DNA of 64,000 nt from Epithemia pelagica (lineage: Eukaryota > Protista > Bacillariophyta), in the NCBI GenBank assembly GCA_946965045.2, contig OX337232.1:806001-870000 (forward strand), given 5' to 3'. Shown here piece by piece: positions 55,301-64,000 of this stretch (positions are counted from its first letter, which is position 1; each line of letters opens with the position of its first letter). The position numbers and the translations under genes were made by a program. The notes below the pieces were generated by a model, which was given only the letters and a program-made list of their open reading frames with translations, did not search any database and was not told where the DNA came from.

Positions 55301-56544
55301 AATCCTTCAGGATGTTGCTTTTTCGACTTCCAGGGATATACGTGGTCGAATCTTTTGCCGTCTGTAAAGATCAAGGCGCCCGTGTCCCCGTTCAGTGATA
55401 CTTCCTTGGCAAACATCTCGTCCGAGAACCAACGGCCTTTCACACTAGGGAATTTGAGCCACGGTGCCTTTTTACGGACCTTACGCTCAGATGGGATTAA
55501 TACGTTTCGTACTCCAGCCTGCGTCGTCACCTTAAGCGTGTTCTTCGCTTTGGGTAAACCAATGCCCCAACGTTGTGACAGTACGGCTGCGTCAAGCACT
55601 CCCTTTCCAGCAGGATCGGCTGGGGAAGACTCGTTAGCAGTCTTGATCATGTACAGCCGACGTTCACGTTTGTCCTCCGGGACTACATCAGGCTCCTCCT
55701 TTTCTGGATGAACAGTGACCGTCGCTATCAAGCGTTCGTACAGGTCGTTGCCATGTGCGTCGGCGTCCAGATCTGGTGATGGGTTGGCAAAAGCATGCTG
55801 GTACGTTCGCACTGCTTTGATGAGTCGTGGAATGGAGGATGCGGCAATCGAATTCGGATCGCCATTGCGAACGACAGTAGCGGCAGCTACACCCAGTTTC
55901 TCCTCCGCGTCCGCAAAGGCGGCAGAACGAGGTTGCCATGGGCTATCGGCAGTTAGCACAACTTGTGGCAAGTGTTCCAGCTCGTCAGAAGTGGGTTTGC
56001 GAGTGGCGAAACCACTTATCACACCAGCCATGGTGAGAGGGATGGTGAGATCGGCATCCGGTACGTGGATACTATGCGTGCTGTGCGGGTCAAACTGTTT
56101 AGGTACGTCGTTGACAACGATGCCATGGGCACGCATCTGGTTCGGACAGAGTAACGAACTGCCCATACGGTCCCCTAAAAACAATGCTTGGTGGATAACA
56201 AGCAAGTAAGACTGGTTTTTGCTGTCAGTCCAGACAGTAGCAACAGTCGCAATAGGGACATTGGTCAGCGGATTATATTCCTCCGCGAACGGATGCACAC
56301 TGATATAGCGGTGGGCTTCGGAGATCATTGCGAAGTCTCTTCCCACGGCACAGGTGTCCGCGTGTGAGTCCAACTCACAGGTGAGCTCAATGGTCTCAAC
56401 ACCATATTCGTCGGTGTTCATTGCACATAGACAATGTGCGAAACGTTTAGAATAACTATAATGGGTGCCTACATGTGCATTCGATTGAACAATAAGATTC
56501 GTTTTATCAATTTTTACTGCTTTGGCAGCGGATACACAGGGCAC
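52315..56544 (-). CDS. copia pol (protease-integrase-RT-RNase H), 1409 aa open
   Basis: ELDSHADTC; WFSDEM, VSDGARE, PWQNAAE; CHMVFDIK...KARLVAGG, YIDDLL; FVDADHAG, EFVA, CDNESV, NLADILTK. Confidence 0.95.
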   Translation of the reverse strand: MPCVSAAKAVKIDKTNLIVQSNAHVGTHYSYSKRFAHCLCAMNTDEYGVETIELTCELDSHADTCAVGRDFAMISEAHRYISVHPFAEEYNPLTNVPIATVATVWTDSKNQSYLLVIHQALFLGDRMGSSLLCPNQMRAHGIVVNDVPKQFDPHSTHSIHVPDADLTIPLTMAGVISGFATRKPTSDELEHLPQVVLTADSPWQPRSAAFADAEEKLGVAAATVVRNGDPNSIAASSIPRLIKAVRTYQHAFANPSPDLDADAHGNDLYERLIATVTVHPEKEEPDVVPEDKRERRLYMIKTANESSPADPAGKGVLDAAVLSQRWGIGLPKAKNTLKVTTQAGVRNVLIPSERKVRKKAPWLKFPSVKGRWFSDEMFAKEVSLNGDTGALIFTDGKRFDHVYPWKSKKQHPEGLMSLIHNVGIPQTMVSDGARELFLGKSREICNKYRIKMEKTVPKSPWQNAAEASIRELKKGVVKIMRTTGAPRRLWSYALKWCSHVRQLTASEIPELDGRTPFEHVIGSTPDISPLAMFQFYQPVYYRMPMAQFPFEKRLIGQWLGLADDCTDDMAYEILTLEGNHVTQKDVWAIPEDDLKNPTIHQQLLDYDAAIQTQMKKPPSDGTTGSDPPPDLFDKGELLEPLFPEAEALESDAYTPEELDEYLTAEVMLPRGGESARAKIIGRTKDAHGRPIGQRDANPILDTRYYDVQFPDGSVESYATNMIAENLYSQVDPEGNAFNTLKAIVGHRSDETAVKRTDASFLDGTSHHTKKGWELQYELSDQSTVWLPLKDVKNGNMIETAEYAVSTGIAKEPAFAWWVPRALRKRDRIIKKVKSRYWKRTHKYGIELPHSVEEALAIDRRTGTDFWRKAIEKEMKNVGIAFEFPADGEVASGYKHFPCHMVFDIKSDLRQKARLVAGGHKTDPPKESTYSSVVSRDSVRIAFTIAALNGLDVLVGDVQNAYLNAPTKEKTYTTAGLEFGPDKVGQPALIVRALYGLKSSAARWRDHIAATLRDMGFKMCQADPDVWLRANTRPSDGFQYYEYVLVYIDDLLIVSHDPKTVMQDLQRRYTIKPDSIKPPDEYLGSEIRRYTIPDTQDPSNRDRWAMSADKYCKRALAEVETELEKSGEKLKSKVTTPIADGYRPELDATPELDARRANYYQGLIGILRWIVELCRIDITTAVSHMSRFMANPREGHLEQTLHIFAYLKKYDKSAIVFDDTTPDFDESRFTRPDWSEYYPDAAEPIPPNAPAPRGNAVTTTCFVDADHAGCRVTRRSQTGVLLFLQRAPIMWYSKRQNTVETSTFGSEFVAMKTAIEMIEAFRYKLRMMGIPLDGETNVFCDNESVFKNSTQPKSVLKKKHNAIAYHRTREAQAAGLVRIAWEEGETNLADILTKLLPGPRLRFLAQRIMW

Positions 56545-56550
56545 ACTCCA

Positions 56551-57243
56551 TCAGGAGGAAGGAGACAGGTCGGCAGACTTGTCAGAGACATTCGGGTCAC
56601 GGACATCGAATTCAAGATCGGCGGAATAACGACCGCATACATTACGCCTGCGCTCTGCGGCAGCCAATTGTCCATTGGCAAGCATAGTGTATTTTAAAGC
56701 TTCGTCGAACACTTCCGTGTGCTCGGCTAAGCGTTTGCATACATGGTACATTTGGCGCTCTTCACGTTCATAGCCTGACATTTTAGACCAGCGCCAAGAC
56801 CAAATTGGACTATTGTGGACAATAGTGTCGATCTCTTCGCGGAAGCTTCCTTTGAGCATGCTTTGGTCATGCTTGGTAAGTGTGCGGACGTTGCGAGTCC
56901 CTTCAGCATACTTGCCTTTGACCGGTAGCGGCAGCTTCACAAAGATGTCGCCGTGTTCCGGGACTGGCGGGATGGTCATATGACTCATATCAGGACGTCC
57001 GTCCTCTTCCCATTGCCACATCGGTGGATAGGTCTCGTATTCCCCCATGGGGTACGGATTTGACGGACGCAGATCCGGGTTCGTTCGGTTGCGCTTTAGC
57101 CTTATGCGCGAAACGTCCAAAGCTGTTGCCAGCTGAGGACTTTGCCGGCTGCAAATCATCTTCGGATGATTTTGCAGGTGAGGCGGAAGCGCAGAACTTA
57201 GAGTGCTTGTCTGGCGACGGTACGTTGTGAACAGAGGAGTCAA
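56551..57243 (-). CDS. gag-pol linker ORF, in frame with pol but separated by one TGA
   Basis: ...DLSPSS-TGA-TGG-AGT-GTG(pol); overlaps the gag frame at 56990-57243. Confidence 0.5.
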   Translation of the reverse strand: MTPLFTTYRRQTSTLSSALPPHLQNHPKMICSRQSPQLATALDVSRIRLKRNRTNPDLRPSNPYPMGEYETYPPMWQWEEDGRPDMSHMTIPPVPEHGDIFVKLPLPVKGKYAEGTRNVRTLTKHDQSMLKGSFREEIDTIVHNSPIWSWRWSKMSGYEREERQMYHVCKRLAEHTEVFDEALKYTMLANGQLAAAERRRNVCGRYSADLEFDVRDPNVSDKSADLSPSS

Positions 57244-58545
57244 GCAAGCTCTCGTCTACTTCCATAATGACCGATACGTTGGTCTTAGCCTCCGGCTTAG
57301 CGTCTTCGTCAATGTCTACTGAGATTGCGTCCTCAGCAGTACTCCCATGCGACGTTTTCGATCTCTTCGACGATGCGTTGGAAGAGTCGTCTGCGGTGAC
57401 GGATCCAAGCTTTCGCTTTTCTTTACGCTCTTTGCGAAGAGCCAGGACTTGTTTGCGTTCGTCCTCCGTCAGGTCTGCCCATTCGTCGGCATCGTAGTGA
57501 CCAGCATGAACGCGGTCCTTCTTCTTCTTGCTCTTTTTCTGATTGCACCCTTTTCCCTTTCCTTTGCTTGGGGTGGTACCGGCAGCGGCGATCTTGCGAG
57601 AGTCGTCCTGCGTTTTGGTCTTTGCGGCACTGTGCACAGTCAAAAAGTATTGCTGGCACGCTTCGAAGTTCTCCAACTTCTCCTGGTCACCGTTGACGAC
57701 GGTCTTGGCTTGGACGAGCGTCGGATCGGTGATCCCATTCATGAAATCGGTCACCTTTTTCGTTTCCGCGACCGTTTCGCCAAGCTCTTCCAGGGTGTTG
57801 TGCGCATGTTGGTGACGGTGGATGTAATCATGGAAGCGGTACTTCCCTCGTCCTGTAAACTTAGCATTTGCGATCTGCGCATAAGCCTGTTTCTTGCGCA
57901 GGATGCTCGCGGCTTGTCCAGTGGCTTGCCGCTTGACAGTTAGGTAGGCCTCACGGCCGTCCTTCGATTTTGCATGCGTTTTCGCAAACGTCCCTCATGA
58001 CGAGTGGTTGCGACTAGGTCGTCGTCAATGCAGTCGTAATCGGCGGCTAGTGCGTCGTCCGGTACGTCGGACTCCTCACGCAATACGTAGGTGAGCGGCA
58101 CTCCCGTTGTCGGATTGCGGTGCTGACCCAAGTACGTGCGCCACATTCCGTCGTGACGTTCCCAATCGGCGAGGTTCGTTAGCCTTTTGGGTGGTACTGG
58201 GTCATCCTGACCATCAGTGGTGGTGGCATTCGCGAGTTCCGTTACGCGTTTCATCCACTTGGTGATTACGTCACCAGTATAACCACCAGCATCAAGGTTT
58301 TGACCACGGACAGAACGATATTCCAACCACATTTGGAAGCCAAGGAACTTCAGGTTGAACTGGTAGGGTAGAGTGACACCGTCGGGTAGGTTCTTGGCTA
58401 ATGTCTTCAGCATGGGCTTTTCTTCGTTGATGGGAAACTCAAGGAACTGATCCATTGTTGTGAAGCCCTGTTGCGTTAGGTGCTCAACGGTGGCATTGTC
58501 GTAGCCACAACGGCCCAGTGCAGTACGGAAGGCATTTGCGGCCAT
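56990..58545 (-). pseudogene. copia gag, frameshifted at ~57995 (probable internal deletion)
   Basis: MAANAFRTALGRCG...GVPLTYVLRE...TRHEG, then another frame gives TFAKTHAKSKDGREAYL...KKVTDFMNGITDP...GHYDADEW. Confidence 0.85.
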
Positions 58546-58964
58546 GGTTCAAGGGTCGGATAAAGGGTAGGAGGGTAGTAGAAGGTCAAACGGATGGCAA
58601 GGGAAGGCTTGTTCTTGTGCAGAAATTTGCAATTGTGATGAGAGGAGCGAATTTCTGTGAGCCAACAATCTGCGAGTGAATCGGCGAGTAGTCGTCCGGC
58701 GATTCCGCGAGCGAGCGAGCTGGCGATCGGCGAATCCGCGAGTCGGCGATGGACTGTCCACGTGTACGAGCACGTGCACGGTACGTTGTGCAGTCGCAAG
58801 TCACAAATTAACGAGTGGGTCCCACAGTGACAGAAACAAGTCACAGAGATGACACAAGCGAGCGAGTGACGAAGCCGCTTAGCGCGAACACCTCTTGAGC
58901 GTTGATCAGGCGCTTGCCGTCCGGCGAACAGTGGGGGAACAACAGACAGATGGGTCTGATAAAC

Positions 58965-59204
58965 TGAATAAAAACTGACGGCCAGACGCAATATACGGCT
59001 TGCAACAATCAAACTATCAGAAATTATGGTAACTAAACTAGGGGTGCCCTTTGGGGGCAAATCGCTCACGTAGGGGCCAAACAGCGACCACGGTACCCAC
59101 TAGCGAATACGCAACTAGGGGCCGGGCGATGCCAGGCGATGCGTAGCGAGGCATGGCGAGGCCCTTCGTAGGTTACAAAGGGGGCGCCCGTGACTATTTA
59201 TTCA
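58965..59204 (-). repeat. 5' LTR
   Basis: Matches 51951-52190. Confidence 0.96.
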
Positions 59205-60252
59205 AAAAAACATATGGAGCATTCAAAAAAACATTTGGAGCTTGTTTTTCAAAAAAACCCGCTGGCTTTCTAGCGTTACAAACCTCATCGGTTTTTTACT
59301 ATCTAGCGTTTTATTTGTATATTCTTGTCACACTGCTTCCTTATGTTCACTGTCCTATTTCATGAACAAACGACAATGGTGAGGTACCGGATTTGGTACT
59401 GTTATAGCGTAACCCAACCCTGTCGCTATGATGTTGCTTTTAGTCGTCTTTTCCAATGAGTTGATCCCAAATACGCTGTCACAATATTTTCCCACCATCG
59501 TCACAATTTTTGTCCCCAACCCTCATTTTTTCCCCAACAATCAAAATACAGCCAGTGAGTCCCGTTATCTCATGCTCTATTTGTCGGAATTTTTGCTTCC
59601 ACATGTAGTAGCATTGTCTCACAAATGATCGCAAATTTTCGACAAATCACTATTGCTTTCATTTGTAGACGACAAATAGATGCAACTGCATCTATTTGTC
59701 TCATTTCACTACAAATAGATGCACACTTCTCTACCTCATCATTACTTATGCCCCGAAGTTCCGAATGTGTCACGCTGTGACACACACGTGACACTGCTTG
59801 CTGTGTATTGCACCTCTTTTTTATCCTATCGCGATCATTTGTCTTTCGAAGTCCAAGTGATCGATCCACAATAACAGCCACAACAACAGGTCGTCCTATT
59901 CTTCTTTCGGTATGTTTCTCAACCTGTCTTTGTGATTCTTGATGTCTTTCTAACACTATCTTACTTTACATTGACAGACGGCGTCAATTTAATCTTGTCC
60001 AATCCATCCTTGTGCAATTTCCATCCACCTTGCTCAGCATCGTAATTTCCACCGTGCCTTGTGTACTGTTTCATTGTTTCATCAAGAAATCAAGACGATA
60101 CAAAATTTGTCCGGCGCAAGAGACACTGTGGTACCTTGGCTGGCTTGTGGTGTGAGCGACACTGTGGTAGCTCAACCAGCAAATTTTGTTCCTCAAGGAA
60201 TTTTGCCAGGAGTTGTTTGAAACGGTACTCAGACGTGGAATGGAATGATACG

Positions 60253-61743
60253 ATGCCGGTGAACAAAAAGAAAACAAAGACCATCCAAAAGAACAAGCAA
60301 AATGCCTCATTTTCCACTAATGACCTGGCGGTATTCCGCCAATTTGTCGACATCATGAAGCCTATGCTATCAGGAGAAGCCACCAATTGTTATAATCAAA
60401 ATGACTCATCCGATGAATCCGATAGCAATTTTTCTTCATCTTACTCGGCTTCATCGGATCCTCGGGAAAATGATCCATCACCGACACGCGTTACACGCTC
60501 CACCAAGGAATCACCCACGAACGATGAAAAGTTGTCGAAGAACAGCAGCTCCAAAGGACGTCGACGATTTACAAGGTCAACAGCAACAAGCACCTTGACA
60601 AAACACGCTGGAACTACACATAGTTCGACAAAACGACGTTCTTCGGTGGTGAATACACGCGCAAAAAAGAAATCCAAAGGCACAACACAATCTTCCTCAG
60701 TGGCTGCCCTCGCCCCAAATACAGACCCTCCTACAGAAATACCTCCGACGGAAAATCAGGTGATCCCAATCCAGGTGGATGGACATTTGGACGAGGAACA
60801 TTGGCATAGATTCAATCTCCGAGTTTTTGGCAATTCCTTCGGTGATGTTTCAAACTTAGGCACCACAAGCACCTCTGCCAGTAATACAAAGTTCATGTCA
60901 CGATCTCAGTTAAATCACGAGATTTACATCAAGAAACATTGGAAGACTGGTGATCCTAATGCTCAAGGTCCAGTTTACGATGGTGCACCAGATCCCAGAA
61001 TACCACGAGGATTTCGTAAGCTATACCCACAAGGACGAAGTAATAAACTGCTACGAAGAGAAGTTAGAGCCATTCGATTGGACAATGGCGCAAACGAATA
61101 CGCTTTGTTTGACCGTGACCTTAGAGTTGTCGCTGCTGAAGATGTTTTCGATATAATTCGTGAGAAACACATCGAGACAGGCCACAAGCTATCAGAAGAG
61201 ACAACCTACAACGCCATAAAAAATGACTACCATAACATAACGGTTAGACAGGTCAAAGAGTTCATCAACGGATGCCCACAGTGCATGCTCCAACGTCGAC
61301 CCCAACTGCCCCACAAGGGAGCTTCTAAACCGATCAGATCATTCGCATTTCGCGATCGATACCAAGCGGACCTGATCAAAATGGACGAGGAAGGACGAAC
61401 TGTTGCACGAGATATCTACGGAGTCGAGATGCACTACATTCTGTCCTGCAAGGACCACTTTTCGCAATATGTTATGCTTGCAGCTGTACCAAGCAAGAGT
61501 CCAAGATATGTTGCTCATCATTTGGGACTATTCTTTGGATTAATAGGATTCCCGGCCGTATACCAAAGTGACAATGGTCCAGAGGTCAGTGGAAACAAAA
61601 TCATTGCGATGATTTTACAGAACAATCCACATATTGACACCTGCAATGGACGACCAAGAACACCAAGGGAACAAGGTTCGGTCGAACACAAACAAAGGGA
61701 TCAGGAACACCGTCCAAGCCTTCGTGGCAGAAGAGTGGGCTAG
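60253..61743 (+). CDS. Copy C transposase part 1 (H2C2 + integrase; same +1 frameshift as copy B)
   Basis: Near-identical to 44281-45771. Confidence 0.88.
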   Translation: MPVNKKKTKTIQKNKQNASFSTNDLAVFRQFVDIMKPMLSGEATNCYNQNDSSDESDSNFSSSYSASSDPRENDPSPTRVTRSTKESPTNDEKLSKNSSSKGRRRFTRSTATSTLTKHAGTTHSSTKRRSSVVNTRAKKKSKGTTQSSSVAALAPNTDPPTEIPPTENQVIPIQVDGHLDEEHWHRFNLRVFGNSFGDVSNLGTTSTSASNTKFMSRSQLNHEIYIKKHWKTGDPNAQGPVYDGAPDPRIPRGFRKLYPQGRSNKLLRREVRAIRLDNGANEYALFDRDLRVVAAEDVFDIIREKHIETGHKLSEETTYNAIKNDYHNITVRQVKEFINGCPQCMLQRRPQLPHKGASKPIRSFAFRDRYQADLIKMDEEGRTVARDIYGVEMHYILSCKDHFSQYVMLAAVPSKSPRYVAHHLGLFFGLIGFPAVYQSDNGPEVSGNKIIAMILQNNPHIDTCNGRPRTPREQGSVEHKQRDQEHRPSLRGRRVG

Positions 61744-64000
61744 AGGCAATCATGATTGCAATTGGACAATGGTTTTGGGCAGAACAATGAGTGCTCTGAA
61801 TGGTGCCTCCAGACGTACCACATCGAAAGCGTTTTCGTCTTATGAGACTGTGTTTGGAACCAAATTTTTTGCACCTACGACTGAGGTGAATGGATACTCC
61901 AAAAATGAACTTGGAAGAGGAAGGACTGCGGTAGAAAGGTGTCTTAACTCTGGTAGCCAGGCTCTGACAGAGAAGTATGCAATAATGGGTGAGCTTACAC
62001 GAGAGGACATTCCCCAGCTTCGGGATCTTGCCACTCCACAAGTAATTTATCTCATGGACCTCTACCAACGGACACATGATGAAGGTCCAGATGCCAAGTT
62101 TATGACGGCTCAAAAATCCAATTGGTCTCTTGTCCCACCAGAACTACGGCCATTTCAACTCCCACAAGATGTTGACAATGAGGGAGAGCCAAATGTGTTA
62201 CAGCGATCTCACGAGCCATCTCATCTTCCAGACACGTCCATTGTTCCTCCCGAATTCTTGCCAATCGAGCCACCAAATGGCACACAACAAGGTGGGAAAC
62301 CGAGCAGCATTGACGAAACAGACAAATTGTGCCCTGATGATGGATGCAAACCGAGTGCACTCGATTTGTCCCTTGTATGTAAACAAGTTGTTCCTCATGG
62401 GGACGCCATGGATCAGGATGGAAACATGAAGCCTAGTAAAATAGAGAATGCTTTGATGCTTTGGGAGGTGAAGCTCAAAAACCTCAAACGGGTGCAAGGA
62501 ATCGGGGACAAAAAGAAGAAAACCTCGTTCCAAGAGGTGGAAAAACAAGGTGATGGACCCATGCTACAAGTCCACAAAACAGTGCCCAAAGTGGACAAGG
62601 CAAAGCCACAACTCAACAAGCTGGATCAACAAGTGGACAAGTCGGTAGACAAATTTAAAGAATCTGTGGACACGTCCTTACAACAAGCCATCAAGTCGAT
62701 GCAAGAAGGAGGCAAGTCGTCGCAGCAAGCCAACAAGTCGATGCAAAGGGAGGACAAGTCGGTGCAAAAAATCAACAAGTCGATGCAAAACGCTGACAAA
62801 TCGTTGCAAATGGGGGACAAGTCCATGCAAAAAACCGACAAGTCGATGCAAAATGATGACAAATCGTTGCGACCGGAGGACAAGTCCGTGTAAAAAACCA
62901 ACAAGTCGATGCAAAATGATGACAAATCATTGCGACCAGTGGACAAGTCCATGCAAAAAACCAACAGTGCAAAAACCAACAAGTCGATGCAAAATGATGA
63001 CAACTCATTGCGACCGGTGGACAAGTCCGTGGAAAAAACCAACAAGTCAATGCAACAGGTCAACGAGTCATTGCAAAAGGGGGACAGGTCCTCGCAACGT
63101 GTCTCAATGCAAGAAGTGGACAACCTCCCATTGCCACCATTGGACATTTTCGTGCACAAATTTAACAAACCGATGCAAAATTTCGACAAATCGATACAAA
63201 AAATAGACAAATCAATGCAACAAGTTGGCAAGTCGATGCATTTCAAGACCAACATTGAGGAACCAATTACAGAATCAGATCAAGAAGTAATGATTGTTGA
63301 TGGTCCCGTCGGGAAGGATATTAAGGAACGCCTTCAGATGAGCGAGCGTAATCCATTGCTCACAACGGTACTAGATGTGCTTACAGAATCAGAGGACTAC
63401 AAGAAGGCACATCCCAAGGACAAAATCGTACAGGCTCGAGTGGAATGTATTTCTTGTCCTTTGATGGCACACCAAGATCATGTATCACTTGATATTCCAT
63501 CAAAGCATTGCCTTCGTCATTATTTTGGTCCTTCCTCAACTGCCTGCTGGTTGCCCGACATTCTGATCCATTCTTTCGGTTTGCTATGTGCTCATAGAAA
63601 CCACCACGACAACATGATTTTCTACGATGTTGCCCAGATTGTGAGCGCAAAAGATATGGAGTCTTTAAAAGATGCTGTTGGGAGACCCTCAAGTCTCCTT
63701 CAAGACAATCCCAAAGTCAATGAAATAATTGTATTGGCAACTGGGAATAGACACTACGTTGTACTCCAACTTTTGGTTGAGCAGAAACATTGTGTCGTAT
63801 ACGATGGAATGCGAACAACAAATATGAGGGGATGGTCTGATGTCACCAAAATGTTATTTTGGAAGTTTGGCATCCACAAGATGTTGAACATGGATGCTGT
63901 GTCTGTCGTTGAAAAACTGGACACATTGGCTCCAAATAGAAATTGGAGCATCTCACAGGACCCCAAGATTTGTGGTTTACAACGCGATAGTCACTCTTGT
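61634..64000 (+). CDS. Copy C transposase parts 2-3 (repeat linker, same TAA at 62891-62893, then open into Ulp1)
   Basis: Unlike copy B, ACA-GAA-TCA (~63385) keeps the linker and Ulp1 domain in one frame. Confidence 0.8.

Larger units (their letters stand above)
51951..59204 (-). mobile_element. Ty1/copia LTR retrotransposon (CoDi-type), 7254 bp
   Basis: 240-bp LTRs with TGAATA..TATTCA ends; PR-IN-RT-RH order; inserted in an A-run, so the TSD is ambiguous (AAAA/AAAAA). Confidence 0.96.
51599..64000 (+). repeat. Second unit of a tandem duplication of 42882-51598 (8717-bp offset), interrupted by copia
   Basis: 51599-51950 = 42882-43233 and 59205-64000 ~ 43231-48030, including the shared external flank and GATC. 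Confidence 0.92.
51927..64000 (+). mobile_element. Ginger-like transposon copy C (runs off the window end; copia inserted in its left end)
   Basis: gatc|TGTTACTCAACATTTGGAGCAAAA at 51927; resumes at 59205. Confidence 0.9.

Noticed and set aside
1-64000. tRNA, rRNA or snRNA genes
   Set aside because: None recognisable by eye; tRNAscan-SE and Infernal were not run.

Overview
Eukaryotic nuclear DNA, most likely a pennate diatom: GT-AG introns, signal peptide plus 'AF' plastid-targeting presequences, and a CoDi-type Ty1/copia element. Bases 1-18 kb and 28.5-34 kb are host genes: a PC-esterase/NXPE-like protein, DUF2358, an aldo-keto reductase, an AIG1-like GTPase, four tandem Erf4-like/SHOCT membrane-protein paralogues, a P-loop NTPase, a thioredoxin-like protein and a long disordered protein. 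There are also several pseudogenes, including a relic of the mostly bacterial DUF2200 family. The rest is largely mobile DNA. (1) A 9.7 kb tyrosine-recombinase (DIRS-order) retrotransposon with split direct repeats A1..B1-A2-B2; its pol has a possible degenerate C5-methyltransferase-like N-terminal domain. (2) A 3.4 kb mosaic of duplications and long hairpins at 34.2-37.7 kb. (3) A family of Ginger-like DNA transposons (TGT..ACA ends, 4-bp GATC TSD) with a giant integrase-repeat-Ulp1-CXC transposase plus a convergent, intact TET/JBP-like Fe(II) dioxygenase cargo gene; three copies are present. (4) A young copia element inserted 24 bp inside the end of the third Ginger copy. The best candidate for a new system is the TET/JBP-carrying Ginger transposon. 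All domain calls come from motif recognition by eye and need HMM or structure confirmation.
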